64,000 nt of DNA, from NCBI GenBank assembly GCA_050633305.1, contig JBOEGF010000040.1:1-64000 (forward strand). Reading direction: 5' to 3'. This DNA is from Nannocystales bacterium (GTDB taxonomy: Bacteria > Myxococcota_A > Polyangia > Nannocystales > Nannocystaceae). Below, piece after piece: positions 10,409-20,949 of this stretch (position 1 is its first letter; each line of letters opens with the position of its first letter). Position numbers and translations under genes: made by a program. A model generated the notes under the pieces. The model was not told the origin of the DNA. It saw only the letters and a program-made list of their open reading frames with translations, and searched no databases.

Positions 10409-11500
10409 CTACCGCGGAGCGGCCCTGCGGACTCGTGCGGGAAACTCTGCCACGCAGGCCAGCTGCACCGTTGGTGTTTCGGTGGCGCAGTCGGAGACGC
10501 AGCGTAGGGGCGCGTCGTCGGTTGCGATGGCAACCTCCTCGCCCGTCATCGTCTCGAGCCGCGCACCCCGAGGAACGAGGAAGCTCGCTGACGGACCGGT
10601 GGGGGCAATCATGCCTCCAAGAATTCCGGTGGCGTTGGCGTCGATCTGTTCGTCCGGGACCCATCCGATGAGGTGGATGCCCTCCGGGGCAAAGAGCTCG
10701 GTGACCGCGACCTTGACCTGCCCACGCGAGATATCCGAAAGCCGATGAACGCTTGCGAACCCTGAGATGCGCCCGAATTCGGGCCCGCCAGGTCGGCTCC
10801 GGACCGCAATGGAGTCTTTCGCGCGGATCAGCGTGAGTGTGTCGGGAAGAACGCGGGGGTCGGATTCTGCCGCGAGGTACGTGCGGCCTAACGAAGATTC
10901 GGGGACCCAGCCTCGCGCTTCGAGCTCCCCGCGCATGAATACCTCTTGTTGCCCGTTCTTCTTCTTCCCCACCTCGACAACGGAACCCGGAGCGAGAGAA
11001 ATACCGACATCGTCCTTGGCGCTCGGCTGCGGCTTCGCCAGCACAAACTCCGTCGCGACAGGAAGCAGTCCGTCGTACTCCACCTGCAGTTGGATCGACA
11101 GAACCTCGGAGGAGCAGACGACAGCGACAGGTTCGCCGGGCTTGGGTTGTTCGGTCGGGCCAACAAGCACTCGTGGAGGTCCGAACGGTGATGGCGGCCT
11201 CACTTGGGTCGACGCACTGGCAACGATGACCATGCCCGAGGGGGACAGCAGGGTGACAGTTTCGCCGAAGCGCGCGCGAGCCTGACATGCGCTCGGCTCG
11301 GCACAGGGAAGCTCGACACCTGCGAGTGGGTCACCGGCGATGGGCGGGGGGGCGTCGGGGATCTCCGTCTCGGACTTCGCGTCAGAGTCGGCCGGGCCGG
11401 AAGAGGCAGAGGTGACGGGCGGGCTCGACGCGGCGCTAGGGTCGGTCTTCGTGGCGCAGCCGGCCAAGACCGCAAGAGCGAGAAGGGTGTGTCGTGCCAT
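10409..11500 (-). CDS. Hypothetical lipoprotein
   Basis: LAVLAGC lipobox; repeated GWVP motifs (SH3-like strands). Confidence 0.65.
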   Translation of the reverse strand: MARHTLLALAVLAGCATKTDPSAASSPPVTSASSGPADSDAKSETEIPDAPPPIAGDPLAGVELPCAEPSACQARARFGETVTLLSPSGMVIVASASTQVRPPSPFGPPRVLVGPTEQPKPGEPVAVVCSSEVLSIQLQVEYDGLLPVATEFVLAKPQPSAKDDVGISLAPGSVVEVGKKKNGQQEVFMRGELEARGWVPESSLGRTYLAAESDPRVLPDTLTLIRAKDSIAVRSRPGGPEFGRISGFASVHRLSDISRGQVKVAVTELFAPEGIHLIGWVPDEQIDANATGILGGMIAPTGPSASFLVPRGARLETMTGEEVAIATDDAPLRCVSDCATETPTVQLACVAEFPARVRRAAPR

Positions 11501-11642
11501 TCGTCAGACCGTCCTTGTCGCGGAGTTTGCCACGGCGTGCCCGTTCGCTGTCGCCGGAGACGTGGTCACCGTCGCGAACCGCAACGGGGACTGCCCGTCA
11601 CGACCGGCCGCACACCCGCGTGCCGTTCGAGCAAGCCGCCGT

Positions 11643-14459
11643 TCAGCGCAGTGCTTGGCGTGCCGCGTCCAGTTCGGCATCAAGGCTTTCGTTGTCGGCC
11701 TCGCTCGTGAGCGCTGCGGCTTCGTCCAGCGCCGAGCTCGGGTCGTCCCCGCGGGCGTGGGCGAGTCGGGCGGCCTCGAGGGCCGTGCGGGCGCGCGCAA
11801 CCGGGGACCCCCCTGAGGCCTTTGCGGACTCGAGAGCCTGGCCAGCCTCGGCGTATCGTTCGAGATGCCGAAGGTCGGTGGCGACGTGCCGCCAAGGGAG
11901 TACAAGGCGCACATGAGGGGCTTCGTAGTTGGCCTGTTCGATGCGAAGGGACTCGCGATGGTCGGCGAGTGCGGCCTCCCAGTCTTCGCGGGCTCGATGA
12001 ATGTCGGCGCGCTGCTGAAGGGCCACGGAAACCCAATAGTGATCGTCCCCGAGCCCCGCGCGGCACAGCCGTTCGTCGATGTCCGCGGAGGCGAGGGCTT
12101 CGTCGAGACGCCCGAGTTGCATGAGTACGCCTGCACGAACCCGGTGACCCGCGCCGCCGACCCGGTAGTGCTCGCGTCCGAACGACGTAGACAACAGTTC
12201 GATCGAAGCGTCGGTGACCTCCAACGCCTTTTCGGGCTGGCCCGCCTCGAGCCACGCGATCGCCTCGTTGTTGAGCATGACCGCCGGTTCCTTGCTGTTC
12301 GGAGGCGAGGTGGTCCGCGCGATGCGGCTGGCCTCACGGGCATGTACGAGCGCTTGCTCGAAGTCCCCCGCACGCGCGTGATTGGCAGCGAGGATGTCAT
12401 GCAGGTCGACTTGGGTCGGGTGCTCGGGCCCCAGCGTTTTGGCGATGTTCAGCGCTCGCAAGAGCGTCGCGCTGGCGGCGTCTTGGTGCTTGCCCCGGCT
12501 CTGAGCGTTGGCGAGCTGGAGGAGACGCGGGACCAGTGTAGGGCTCTGCGGGCCGTCGAGGTCTTCGAGAATCTCGATGGCGCGCTCGATCAGCGCGGCG
12601 CCTTCGTCGAACTCGCCTCGGTGTTGATACAGATTCGTGCCACGAACGTGTAGCAACCGGGCGCGTACCCGTCGTCCATCGGGAAGGCGATCGGTGGCCG
12701 CGGCGGCATTGTCATAGGCGAGCTGGGCGACGTCGTACTTGTCGACGGTGCGCCCGACCGCGTCGGCGTAGTCGGTCCAGGCTTCCGCCTCTAGCTCCGC
12801 GTCACCGAGATCCGCGGCCATGCGTGCGGCCGTTTGCAGACGAAGCACCGCGTCGGCATGGTTTCCGTCGTAGCTGAGCGCGAGCCCCTCGGCGAGAGTG
12901 GCCTCGGCGAGGACGGGCGTCTTGGGGTGGCTCGCAGCACGTTCCGCGAGCTCGAGCGCACCCTCGTGGGCGGTTTGCCACTCTCCCACGCTGCGTAGCG
13001 CGCGGAGACGGGCGAGCTCGTCGAGGATTGAAAGGTAGTCGGCCGCGCCTTCGGGGTCGGCAGGGATCGCGGCATCGTGTCGGGGGTCGACGGGGTTGCT
13101 GCACCGACCGACGTCGGGCAGCTCGCGGACCGCCCCGGCGAGGTTTCCAACCGCCGTGCCAGGGGCGGAGGCTACCGCCTCGATCAGCCCGTTTGCGCGT
13201 CGAAGTTGGGTATCGAGGCACCGCACGCGGGCATCGTGTTCGGCGCCCGAGAGCTCTGCTCGCATTTCATGGGCCCGACAGGTTTCATCGAAAGCATTGG
13301 CCCATCCCTCGAGCCAGAGTTCGAGCCGAGCGGAGGGGGGGCCCCACAGCTCGAGCGCAACCGAGACCCCCGAGCGGCCGATGACCGATTCGATGGCGTC
13401 GCGTCGTGTCGCGTTCCAGACCTCCTCGACCCGCGCGGCCCCGCCATCACAATGTGGGCCCGAGGGTTGGGGCTCGGTGGGGCGGAGAACAGCCACGAGA
13501 CCCGCGGCAGCGGCCGCGGCCAATGCCCACGAAGTCCAGCCGCGTCCCCGGGTTCGTTCGAGGGCGGCGAGCAGGCCATCGAGGGTCGGCCAGCGCGCGT
13601 GTGGATCGTCGGCCATGCCGCGTCGAAGTGCAGTCCACACGGCACGCGGAGTGCCTGCGACGCGGGTCGGCACGTCCTCGGTCGAGGTGGGTCGTCGGCC
13701 TGTCAGGACTTCGACCGCTGTCACGCAGAACGCGTACTGGTCGGCAGATTCGGTGACCTGCTCTCCCCGCGCCTGCTCGGGAGGCATGTACGCGCGCGTG
13801 CCTGGCTGAGTGCCCTGTGCGGTCAGTGAGCCCGGGGCGCCATCCGTCGAGTGCGAGGTATTGCCCTGCGGCGAGGTCTCGACTTCACCCGGATCGGTTC
13901 GTGCCAGTCCGAAGTCGGCGACTCGCGCACGGCCATCCTTTCCCAGGAGCACGTTCGAGGGCTTGAAGTCGCGATGCACGATTCCCGCAGCGTGCGCTGC
14001 CACCAGCCCCTCACCGGCTTGCAGCAGCAGACCGAGCGCATCTTGGAATCGGGTGCGGTCATACGTGGAGTGCTCTTCGGCCCACTGCCGAAGGTTTCCG
14101 CCGCCGAGGAGCTCCATCGCGACGAACACTTCGCCCTCGTGCACACCGACTTCATGGATCGTCACCACATGCGCGTGCTGGGAACGCGCAAGCACTCGCG
14201 CCTCTCGCAACATCCGCGCTCTTGCCTGTTCGATTTCCGAGTCGGTGCCCTCACGCGTTCGTACGAGCTTGAGTGCCACGTAGCGGTCGAGCGATGGGTC
14301 ACGCGCCCGAAACACGACGCCCATGCCTCCATGGCCGAGCGGTTCGCAAACCTCGAAGCGACCCACCTTGGGCAACGGGGCGGACACGTCTCCGAAGAGT
14401 CGTTGACTCAGCGCTGCGCGCAGGCGTGCAGCTTCGATACTCTCCGGAGCGCCTCCCAT
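11643..14459 (-). CDS. Ser/Thr protein kinase with TM segment and TPR repeats
   Basis: GHGGMGVV, VALK, HRDFKPSN, DFG, YMPPE; TM segment; C-terminal TPR-like repeats. Confidence 0.95.
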   Translation of the reverse strand: MGGAPESIEAARLRAALSQRLFGDVSAPLPKVGRFEVCEPLGHGGMGVVFRARDPSLDRYVALKLVRTREGTDSEIEQARARMLREARVLARSQHAHVVTIHEVGVHEGEVFVAMELLGGGNLRQWAEEHSTYDRTRFQDALGLLLQAGEGLVAAHAAGIVHRDFKPSNVLLGKDGRARVADFGLARTDPGEVETSPQGNTSHSTDGAPGSLTAQGTQPGTRAYMPPEQARGEQVTESADQYAFCVTAVEVLTGRRPTSTEDVPTRVAGTPRAVWTALRRGMADDPHARWPTLDGLLAALERTRGRGWTSWALAAAAAAGLVAVLRPTEPQPSGPHCDGGAARVEEVWNATRRDAIESVIGRSGVSVALELWGPPSARLELWLEGWANAFDETCRAHEMRAELSGAEHDARVRCLDTQLRRANGLIEAVASAPGTAVGNLAGAVRELPDVGRCSNPVDPRHDAAIPADPEGAADYLSILDELARLRALRSVGEWQTAHEGALELAERAASHPKTPVLAEATLAEGLALSYDGNHADAVLRLQTAARMAADLGDAELEAEAWTDYADAVGRTVDKYDVAQLAYDNAAAATDRLPDGRRVRARLLHVRGTNLYQHRGEFDEGAALIERAIEILEDLDGPQSPTLVPRLLQLANAQSRGKHQDAASATLLRALNIAKTLGPEHPTQVDLHDILAANHARAGDFEQALVHAREASRIARTTSPPNSKEPAVMLNNEAIAWLEAGQPEKALEVTDASIELLSTSFGREHYRVGGAGHRVRAGVLMQLGRLDEALASADIDERLCRAGLGDDHYWVSVALQQRADIHRAREDWEAALADHRESLRIEQANYEAPHVRLVLPWRHVATDLRHLERYAEAGQALESAKASGGSPVARARTALEAARLAHARGDDPSSALDEAAALTSEADNESLDAELDAARQALR

Positions 14460-14847
14460 ACGACAGCGCGTGGAATCGTCTCACCTCCAGAGCTCAAACG
14501 CGATCCATCGGGTTCGATCGGCTGCGCCGGAAGGTCGACTCGCTCCATTGCGATGGCTCTGCGCCCGAGTAGACCGCGGCGCGGAGTCAGCTTTGGTTGA
14601 GGAGCGGGCGAGGACCGGGGACGAAGAGGCAGGCGGTTGTGACGAAGGCGACCCAAAGGCCCGAGCGACGGGGGCCAGTGGACTCTGCCCTTGCGGGGTC
14701 GGGGGCTTCCAGACTTGGGCGACGAAGTCCTGGCCGTCTGTGGACACGTGAGGGCTCTTGCGGCAAGCCGGTGACGCCGGTTTCGACGCGCGAGTCGAAC
14801 CGCGGTAGGACATGGAAGGTGCGGCCTGCCCCTGCGTTTGGTCCGGT

Positions 14848-15861
14848 ATGAGCGTCGTCTTCCTGCTGGCTTCGGCGATTGCCCTCGGGGAGCCCGAGGC
14901 CGGGGCGGCGGTGTCGTTGCAGTGGAGCGCCCCCGCGGGCTGCCCATCGGCGGACGCCGTGCAGCGGGACGTCGACGCGTTGTTGGGCCGCGGGAGGGCG
15001 GAGGGCGAGCCCCTCGTGGTCGAGGCGGAGGTGGCCGCCGACCGAGACGGGTATGTGCTGCGGCTCGTGATGGAGACCCGCACCGGTCGGGATGTGCGCC
15101 GAATTCGTGCGGACGCATGCGAGCAGCTTGCACGTGCGACGTCGCTGATCATCGCGACGCTGCAAGACCCGGTCGCGGCCTCCGATCACGTGGCGTACCT
15201 TCAGCGTCCACGCGCCGACGGGCCGCCGACAACTCCTGCCCCCGAGCTTCCTTCGATCCCAGTCGAAGAGTTCGAGCCGCGGCCGCCGGAGCCCGTGTCG
15301 CCGTCGGAGGCAGAGACGAGAGCGTCCGAGCGATGGGCGACCCCGTGGCGGGCCGCGATTCGGCTCGACGGAGTGGCTGGCTCTGCGACGCTGCCGCGTC
15401 TCGACGGTGGTCTGGCGTTCGCCGTGGGGATGACCGCGCCGCGAATCCGACTGGAGCTCGGGGTGTCACACATGTTCGCGCAAACGGAGGCCCACCCCAC
15501 GTTGCCGAACGTCGGCCTACGCGTACGCGCGACCACTGCGGTGGCGCGTGGGTGTGGAGTGCTGACATGGGGTACGTGGGAGTTCCCGCTGTGTGTTGCC
15601 GGGGAGCTCGGGGCGACCGCCGCCCAAGGTGTGGGGTCGGCGGTGCGTGAGGCCACGGTGGAGCGCGCTGTGTATGCCACGGCGCTCGCGGAGGCCCATG
15701 TCGTTTGGCGGGCGACCGATCGGTTCTCGATCTGGGCGGGCGCGCAGGGGGTACTGAACCTGACCCGCCCGAGCTTCACGGTGGACACGCTCGATCCCTT
15801 CTTCAAGGCGCCGTTGGGCGGGGGGCGCGCGAAACTCGGGGTCGAGGTGCGATTTCCATGA
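14848..15861 (+). CDS. Hypothetical exported protein (W.AP..CP N-domain plus beta-barrel-like C-domain)
   Basis: Signal peptide, WSAPAGCP motif, Pro-rich linker, beta-strand C-terminus; stop overlaps the next ATG. Confidence 0.75.
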   Translation: MSVVFLLASAIALGEPEAGAAVSLQWSAPAGCPSADAVQRDVDALLGRGRAEGEPLVVEAEVAADRDGYVLRLVMETRTGRDVRRIRADACEQLARATSLIIATLQDPVAASDHVAYLQRPRADGPPTTPAPELPSIPVEEFEPRPPEPVSPSEAETRASERWATPWRAAIRLDGVAGSATLPRLDGGLAFAVGMTAPRIRLELGVSHMFAQTEAHPTLPNVGLRVRATTAVARGCGVLTWGTWEFPLCVAGELGATAAQGVGSAVREATVERAVYATALAEAHVVWRATDRFSIWAGAQGVLNLTRPSFTVDTLDPFFKAPLGGGRAKLGVEVRFP

Positions 15862-17153
15862 CTGGGTCACGAATCCGTGAGCAGGTGGACACTGCAGGTA
15901 GTGGCCCCGTGCGACGATCGAGCGTCTACAAGGAGAACTTCCGGTTCGTGTGGAACTGTCTGCGGCGCTTCGGAGTTGGCGGGGCCGAGCTCGAGGACGC
16001 GACGCACGACGTGTTTTTGGTGGTGTTCCGGCGGCGATCCGAGCTCCTGGGCGCCTCGAACGAGCGCGCGTGGCTGTTCGGGGTCATTCGGCGTGTTGCC
16101 GCCAACTACCGGCGAGGCGCGGGCCGCCGGGCTCGTCGGCTCGACGCCGTGAGGCAGGTGCAGCCCCGCGCTACGCGGCCCGAGCGAGACCTCGAGCGTA
16201 CCGACGCGGCGCGGGTCGTTGGTCGATTTCTCGATGGCCTCGCCGAGCCGCATCGCGACGTCTTCGTTCTGATGGAGCTGCAGCAGATGACGGCGCGGGA
16301 GGTGGGCGAGCTGCTCGACCTGAACCCGAATACCGCATCGGCGCGGCTGCGGTCGGCCCGGAAGGCGTTCGATCGCTTTGCGGCCGCCGTCCGTCGGGAG
16401 AATGGCTGGGATGGCGACGCGGTCGTCGCTCAGCTGCAGTGTTCGGTCACTGCCCCGAGTGACGCTCGCAAGCGAGTTGGGGCCACCCTCGCAGTGAGCT
16501 TGGGGTCCAAGACCGCCATGGCGGTCGGGGTGGCGGCGTGGGCAAAGACCGCAGCGATCGGCCTCGCTGTGGGTTGCGGAGGGTTGGCGGCACTCGCCGG
16601 GATTGCGTCGGCAATGCCAGGCTCATCCCCCGCCTCCGCCGCGCAGCATTCCCCTCCCGCGTCTGCCGTGGTGGACCCCGTGCCCGCACCAACGCCGCGC
16701 CCGCTCGTCGCCGAAGCCGAACCGCAGCGGCCGCCCACCCCGGAGGTCTGGCGGAAACGCCCGGCGACTACGGCGGCTTCGAAGCGGCCTCGCCGAAGCG
16801 CGCGTCCCCGACCCCAAGCGCCCACGCACCCGCAGGAAGAGATGCAGGCCGCGACCGACCGACTCGGGGCGCAGACCGAGCTGCTCGCGCGGGCCCGAAC
16901 GGCACTGACACGAGGGGAGGGACAGGGCGTTCTTCGTGCGACGGCCGAGTATCGTCGACAGTTCGCGACGGGACCCTTTCTGGCCGAGATCGAGTTGCTC
17001 GAGATTCGGGGGCACTGCCGTACCGGGGACACGACAACGGCCCGAACGTTGGGCAAGCGCTTTCGACGAGCGCACCCCGATTCGTCCCATCTCGCCGTGC
17101 TCGAAAAGACTTGTGCCGCACCGGTCACGAAAACGGACTCGGCCGGAAACTGA
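15858..17153 (+). CDS. ECF RNA polymerase sigma factor fused to TM + Pro-rich + TPR-like extension
   Basis: FVWNCLRRFG..DATHDVFL..AWL (region 2) and NPNTASARLRSARK (region 4), followed by a hydrophobic segment and helical domain. Confidence 0.88.
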   Translation: MTGSRIREQVDTAGSGPVRRSSVYKENFRFVWNCLRRFGVGGAELEDATHDVFLVVFRRRSELLGASNERAWLFGVIRRVAANYRRGAGRRARRLDAVRQVQPRATRPERDLERTDAARVVGRFLDGLAEPHRDVFVLMELQQMTAREVGELLDLNPNTASARLRSARKAFDRFAAAVRRENGWDGDAVVAQLQCSVTAPSDARKRVGATLAVSLGSKTAMAVGVAAWAKTAAIGLAVGCGGLAALAGIASAMPGSSPASAAQHSPPASAVVDPVPAPTPRPLVAEAEPQRPPTPEVWRKRPATTAASKRPRRSARPRPQAPTHPQEEMQAATDRLGAQTELLARARTALTRGEGQGVLRATAEYRRQFATGPFLAEIELLEIRGHCRTGDTTTARTLGKRFRRAHPDSSHLAVLEKTCAAPVTKTDSAGN

Positions 17154-17162
17154 AACACTACG

Positions 17163-18365
17163 ATGGCACGCACATCTTCTCGCCTCCCAATCGCATCCCT
17201 CCTGTGCGCGAGCATCTGGCTCGTCGGATGCTCCATCCCCACCAAGTCCAGTGGTGAACTCGAACCTTCGGACATGAACGAAGGCGGCGAGGGCGATGGA
17301 GGCGACGACCCCGTTGCGCTGCCGCCGGGCGAGTGCGTTGGCGATTGCACCGTTGCGGCCGAGTCTCTGTGGTCCCGCGTCGTTCCAACCACGACGCCTC
17401 GCTTCTGGGCCTGCGACGTGCAGATCGATGCATCGGGCCGCGTGGCGTTGGCTTGGCGTATGGAGGGCACGGCCGAGCTCCCGCGGGGGCGCACTGGCAT
17501 CGACCTCATGAACGCCGACGGCACGCTCGCCCACACCACCGAGTACGACGGACAAACGTTCGCATCGTTGGCGTTCGCGAGCGATGGCACGCTGCGCGCC
17601 CGTGGTGTCACCATCCAAGACGGCGGCGATACGCAATGGGTGATGGCGCTGGACGACGAACTCGCACCGACCTGGTCGATGACGTATCCCGAGGTCGGCG
17701 GCAACGGTCAGTGCGACTGGGGCTGGACGGGAGCCCTGGTCGATGCAACCGACCATGTCGTCACATACGACTACTCTCCGCAGCCCATGGGCACATCTTT
17801 CGTTCGCCGCCATGCGCCAGATGGAACGCTGCTCTGGGAGGTCGAAGCGGGCGGCAACCCAGGCTGGACTGGTCTGCCCATCGCGGTCGGCGAGGACCAG
17901 AGCATTCTGTACGGTGAGGTGCTCACGTACGATGCCTTCGAAGAGACCGTGGTCCACAAGTTCTCGTCCAACGGCACCGAGCTGTGGACGGAGACCGTCC
18001 CCGATGAGCTAGCAGGGATCTGGGCTGCCACTGACGGCGGGGCCTACGTGCACACACGCAGCTTCTACGATCGTGATGGGCACACGCACCGTCTAGGCCC
18101 CGACGGGGCCTTCCTCTCCGTCTCACCCCCGAAAGAACGCTTCTTCGAGATCATCGCTCCAGCAGCCGACGGCTCCGGGTTCTTCGCCGTTCATGACGGT
18201 GCGTTGATCCGTACCGATCCTGAACTCGACACGATCTGGTCGACGGACATTGAACAAACCAGCACCGTCGTCTTCGCGTCGGCCGTCGCCGACGACGAGC
18301 AAACCTTCGCGTTCGCATCGGCAGAGACCGACAACTACTGGATCTCCGTGCTCGCCAAGCCCTGA
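17163..18365 (+). CDS. Lipoprotein, probable beta-propeller
   Basis: LVGC lipobox; repeated DGTLLW/NGTELW blades; 9 bp after the sigma gene. Confidence 0.7.
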   Translation: MARTSSRLPIASLLCASIWLVGCSIPTKSSGELEPSDMNEGGEGDGGDDPVALPPGECVGDCTVAAESLWSRVVPTTTPRFWACDVQIDASGRVALAWRMEGTAELPRGRTGIDLMNADGTLAHTTEYDGQTFASLAFASDGTLRARGVTIQDGGDTQWVMALDDELAPTWSMTYPEVGGNGQCDWGWTGALVDATDHVVTYDYSPQPMGTSFVRRHAPDGTLLWEVEAGGNPGWTGLPIAVGEDQSILYGEVLTYDAFEETVVHKFSSNGTELWTETVPDELAGIWAATDGGAYVHTRSFYDRDGHTHRLGPDGAFLSVSPPKERFFEIIAPAADGSGFFAVHDGALIRTDPELDTIWSTDIEQTSTVVFASAVADDEQTFAFASAETDNYWISVLAKP

Positions 18366-18535
18366 GTGTTGCGTCGGCCGGGTGGCGCAGAGTACGGGGT
18401 GGCCGAGACGGGGGGCACGAGCGGCAGTGGCGGGAGTTCCGGGACGACTGGCGATACCGATCCAGACACCGACTCAGGGAGCAGCACGAGCATGGGGGGT
18501 CCGGACTACGGCGTCCCCGAGACCACCGGTCGCGA
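18366..18535 (+). pseudogene. Fragment of a YGV-repeat S/T/G-rich lipoprotein
   Basis: GGAEYGVAETG...GGPDYGVPETTG with no signal peptide or proper start. Confidence 0.45.
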
Positions 18536-18657
18536 AGGGCGTCGCGAGCCTCCCCAACGGACGAGCCTGGCTGGACGACAGGACCGACGGCGATTTTTTT
18601 GACGACTCTGCAATCCGCCGACGCACTCGCGGCGTTTTAGGGAAGGAGACCTCAACA

Positions 18658-19770
18658 ATGACCCTTTCCAGAATCCAAAAAAGCTCGATCGGTGGCCTCT
18701 CCGTGGCCACTCTCCTGCTCGGCATGGCGACTCCGGCCGCTGCCGCCGGCGTCTTCCCCACCGCGTCACCCTCGTCCCTGCTGCTTGGCGATGGCAGGGG
18801 GCCGCTCTCTTCCGACGTCCAAGGAATGTTCGGGACTCCGTCTAGCTCATTGCCACCGACCGACGACAGGGGAACGCCGGGAGAGCCATCGGAGGGGCCC
18901 AATGACGGACCCCAGCGAACCCCACCCGAGCCGACCGCGGGCGCGCCGTACGGCATTCATTTCGGCCCCTATGGCCTCTGTATCGACCACGCCGATTGGG
19001 AGGAGGTCGGCCCCACCGATGTCGTCTTCGACCATGAACGCCGCCTTATTGCGATCAAGCCCAGCTTCGAGTTTGAGACGTATGTCGAGATCTACGTCGA
19101 CGACAACGGCACCGTCAGCGCCTACGACGATGATCTGGTCATTACGATGGATGTCTACGCCGATGGTGTCGACCTGCACCTCGAGTTCGTCGAGCAGTAC
19201 TGGGAACCGGGTGCGGAAGATGACCCCGGCGGTGGCCTTACCACTGAAAATACCCCCAAGAACCTCTATTGGAAGAAGATCGAGTATCTTGGATCCAGTA
19301 CCACTCCCTCGGCTGTGTTGAATAGGCACGCCATTCCGATGAAAGCTCGTGGTCACTTCGCCGCCTTGGCCGCGGATGTTGCCAGAGGGTTCAATGGTGG
19401 CGACGCCCCCGATTGCGTCCGGGCCTCCAATTTGGACGACATCATTCTCGGAGGCGGGGGCGCCGACCACCTCGAAGGCATGGCAGGCGACGATGGCATC
19501 GCGGGCGGAGACGGTCCCGACACCCTCGAGGGGGGCTCCGGCGATGACCGCTTGTATGGAGAAGGCGATGTCGACCATCTGATCGGTGGCGGTGACAACG
19601 ACTGCATGGACGGTGGCGAAGGCCATCGTGACTTGCTCGAAGATAATCACAACACCGTTGACGCCAATCGCTATATTGAGGACCCGGGAACCGTCAACGG
19701 AGTTCACGTCGATTCTATCGACCATATCCTTGAGGAATCGCCCACGTTCACTGATATGTGCTTTGGCTGA
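18658..19770 (+). CDS. Secreted RTX-type calcium-binding repeat protein
   Basis: Signal peptide; GGxGxDxL nonapeptides (GGGGADHL, GGDGPDTL, GGSGDDRL, GGGDNDCM). Confidence 0.85.
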   Translation: MTLSRIQKSSIGGLSVATLLLGMATPAAAAGVFPTASPSSLLLGDGRGPLSSDVQGMFGTPSSSLPPTDDRGTPGEPSEGPNDGPQRTPPEPTAGAPYGIHFGPYGLCIDHADWEEVGPTDVVFDHERRLIAIKPSFEFETYVEIYVDDNGTVSAYDDDLVITMDVYADGVDLHLEFVEQYWEPGAEDDPGGGLTTENTPKNLYWKKIEYLGSSTTPSAVLNRHAIPMKARGHFAALAADVARGFNGGDAPDCVRASNLDDIILGGGGADHLEGMAGDDGIAGGDGPDTLEGGSGDDRLYGEGDVDHLIGGGDNDCMDGGEGHRDLLEDNHNTVDANRYIEDPGTVNGVHVDSIDHILEESPTFTDMCFG

Positions 19771-20290
19771 ACCCGGCAGCGAAGCGCCGGTTCGGACAGC
19801 ACGACCGGCGCTCGTCCCTTGACGCGCGGCGCCACGGCGTACGCCTCCCGGGGACCGAGTTCAGTGTGCAGCTCACGATGACGCCACCGCCGTGTTGCTC
19901 TGCGGCCACAGGCTCGCCTGTGGGGGCCAGGGTCGCTCATCATGGACAATCAGACCCCGGAGCTTCGGATAACCCCAGCTGACGCGGACCTCGCCGGTTG
20001 GGCGCGTCCTGTGATGGTCGTTCGGGCGACCGGGCGTGCGATAGGCCCAGCCCGACAACGGCGAGCTCCTCGAAGAGTATGGCGAAGAGCCGTCGGCCCG
20101 CGTGAACACGGGGCGACGATGCGTTGCCGCTCGAGCTTGAGCTTGGTGTGCGGGCAGTGCCCGCTTGTACGGCGGAGGATGGCAACCGACAGCGCGGGGG
20201 GCGACGGAGTAGACTCGTGTCGCTGCCGGTTGTACCCCTGCGATCGCACGTCTGCGACGCGGCAGGCTCACCGCCGCGATCTGAGGTCGT

Positions 20291-20914
20291 TTGCGGTGGT
20301 ACGCTCCGTGCGTGCCAGAGAGCGCAACCGAGCTCGAATTGTTGGCGCAGTGGTGCGACGGCTCCGACCGAGCCGGAGACGAGTTGCTCCGCAAGTCGTT
20401 CCCCGTCCTGTATCGGTTTTTCATCAACAAGGTCGGTGACGCGACCGACGACCTCGTGCAGCAGACGCTGATCGGCTGCGTACGACACCGCGACAAGATC
20501 TTGGATTCGGGCGCGTTCCGGATGTACTTGCTCAAGATCGCGCGCAGTCGCCTGTACGACTACCTCCGCGCGACGCGGCGCCGCGCAGGCCACATCGACG
20601 ACGATTTTTCGCATGTCTCGGTGGCCGAAGCGGGCACGGGCGGGACCACTCGATTCGGGAAGGCGCAGGCTGCGACGCGGGTGCGTGAAGCGCTGCAGCG
20701 GCTTCCTGTGGACTTGCAACTCGTCGTGGAGCTCCACTACTGGGAGGAGCACACGACCGCAGAAATCTCCGAGGCGCTCGAGCTCGCCCAGGGAACCGTC
20801 AAGAGCCGCTTGCGACGGGCCCGAGAGCAGCTCCAACGCGAACTCGGGGATGGCGCGGACGTCGACGCGCTGGTCGGACGCGCGATGCCCAAGGTGGAGT
20901 CGGGCGCTGCGTGA
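20291..20914 (+). CDS. ECF RNA polymerase sigma factor
   Basis: DLVQQTL (region 2); EISEALELAQGTVKSRLRRAR (region 4). Confidence 0.92.
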   Translation: MRWYAPCVPESATELELLAQWCDGSDRAGDELLRKSFPVLYRFFINKVGDATDDLVQQTLIGCVRHRDKILDSGAFRMYLLKIARSRLYDYLRATRRRAGHIDDDFSHVSVAEAGTGGTTRFGKAQAATRVREALQRLPVDLQLVVELHYWEEHTTAEISEALELAQGTVKSRLRRAREQLQRELGDGADVDALVGRAMPKVESGAA

Positions 20915-20949
20915 TCCGAATGACGCGGGCGGGCGTTTAGGCGAGTACG

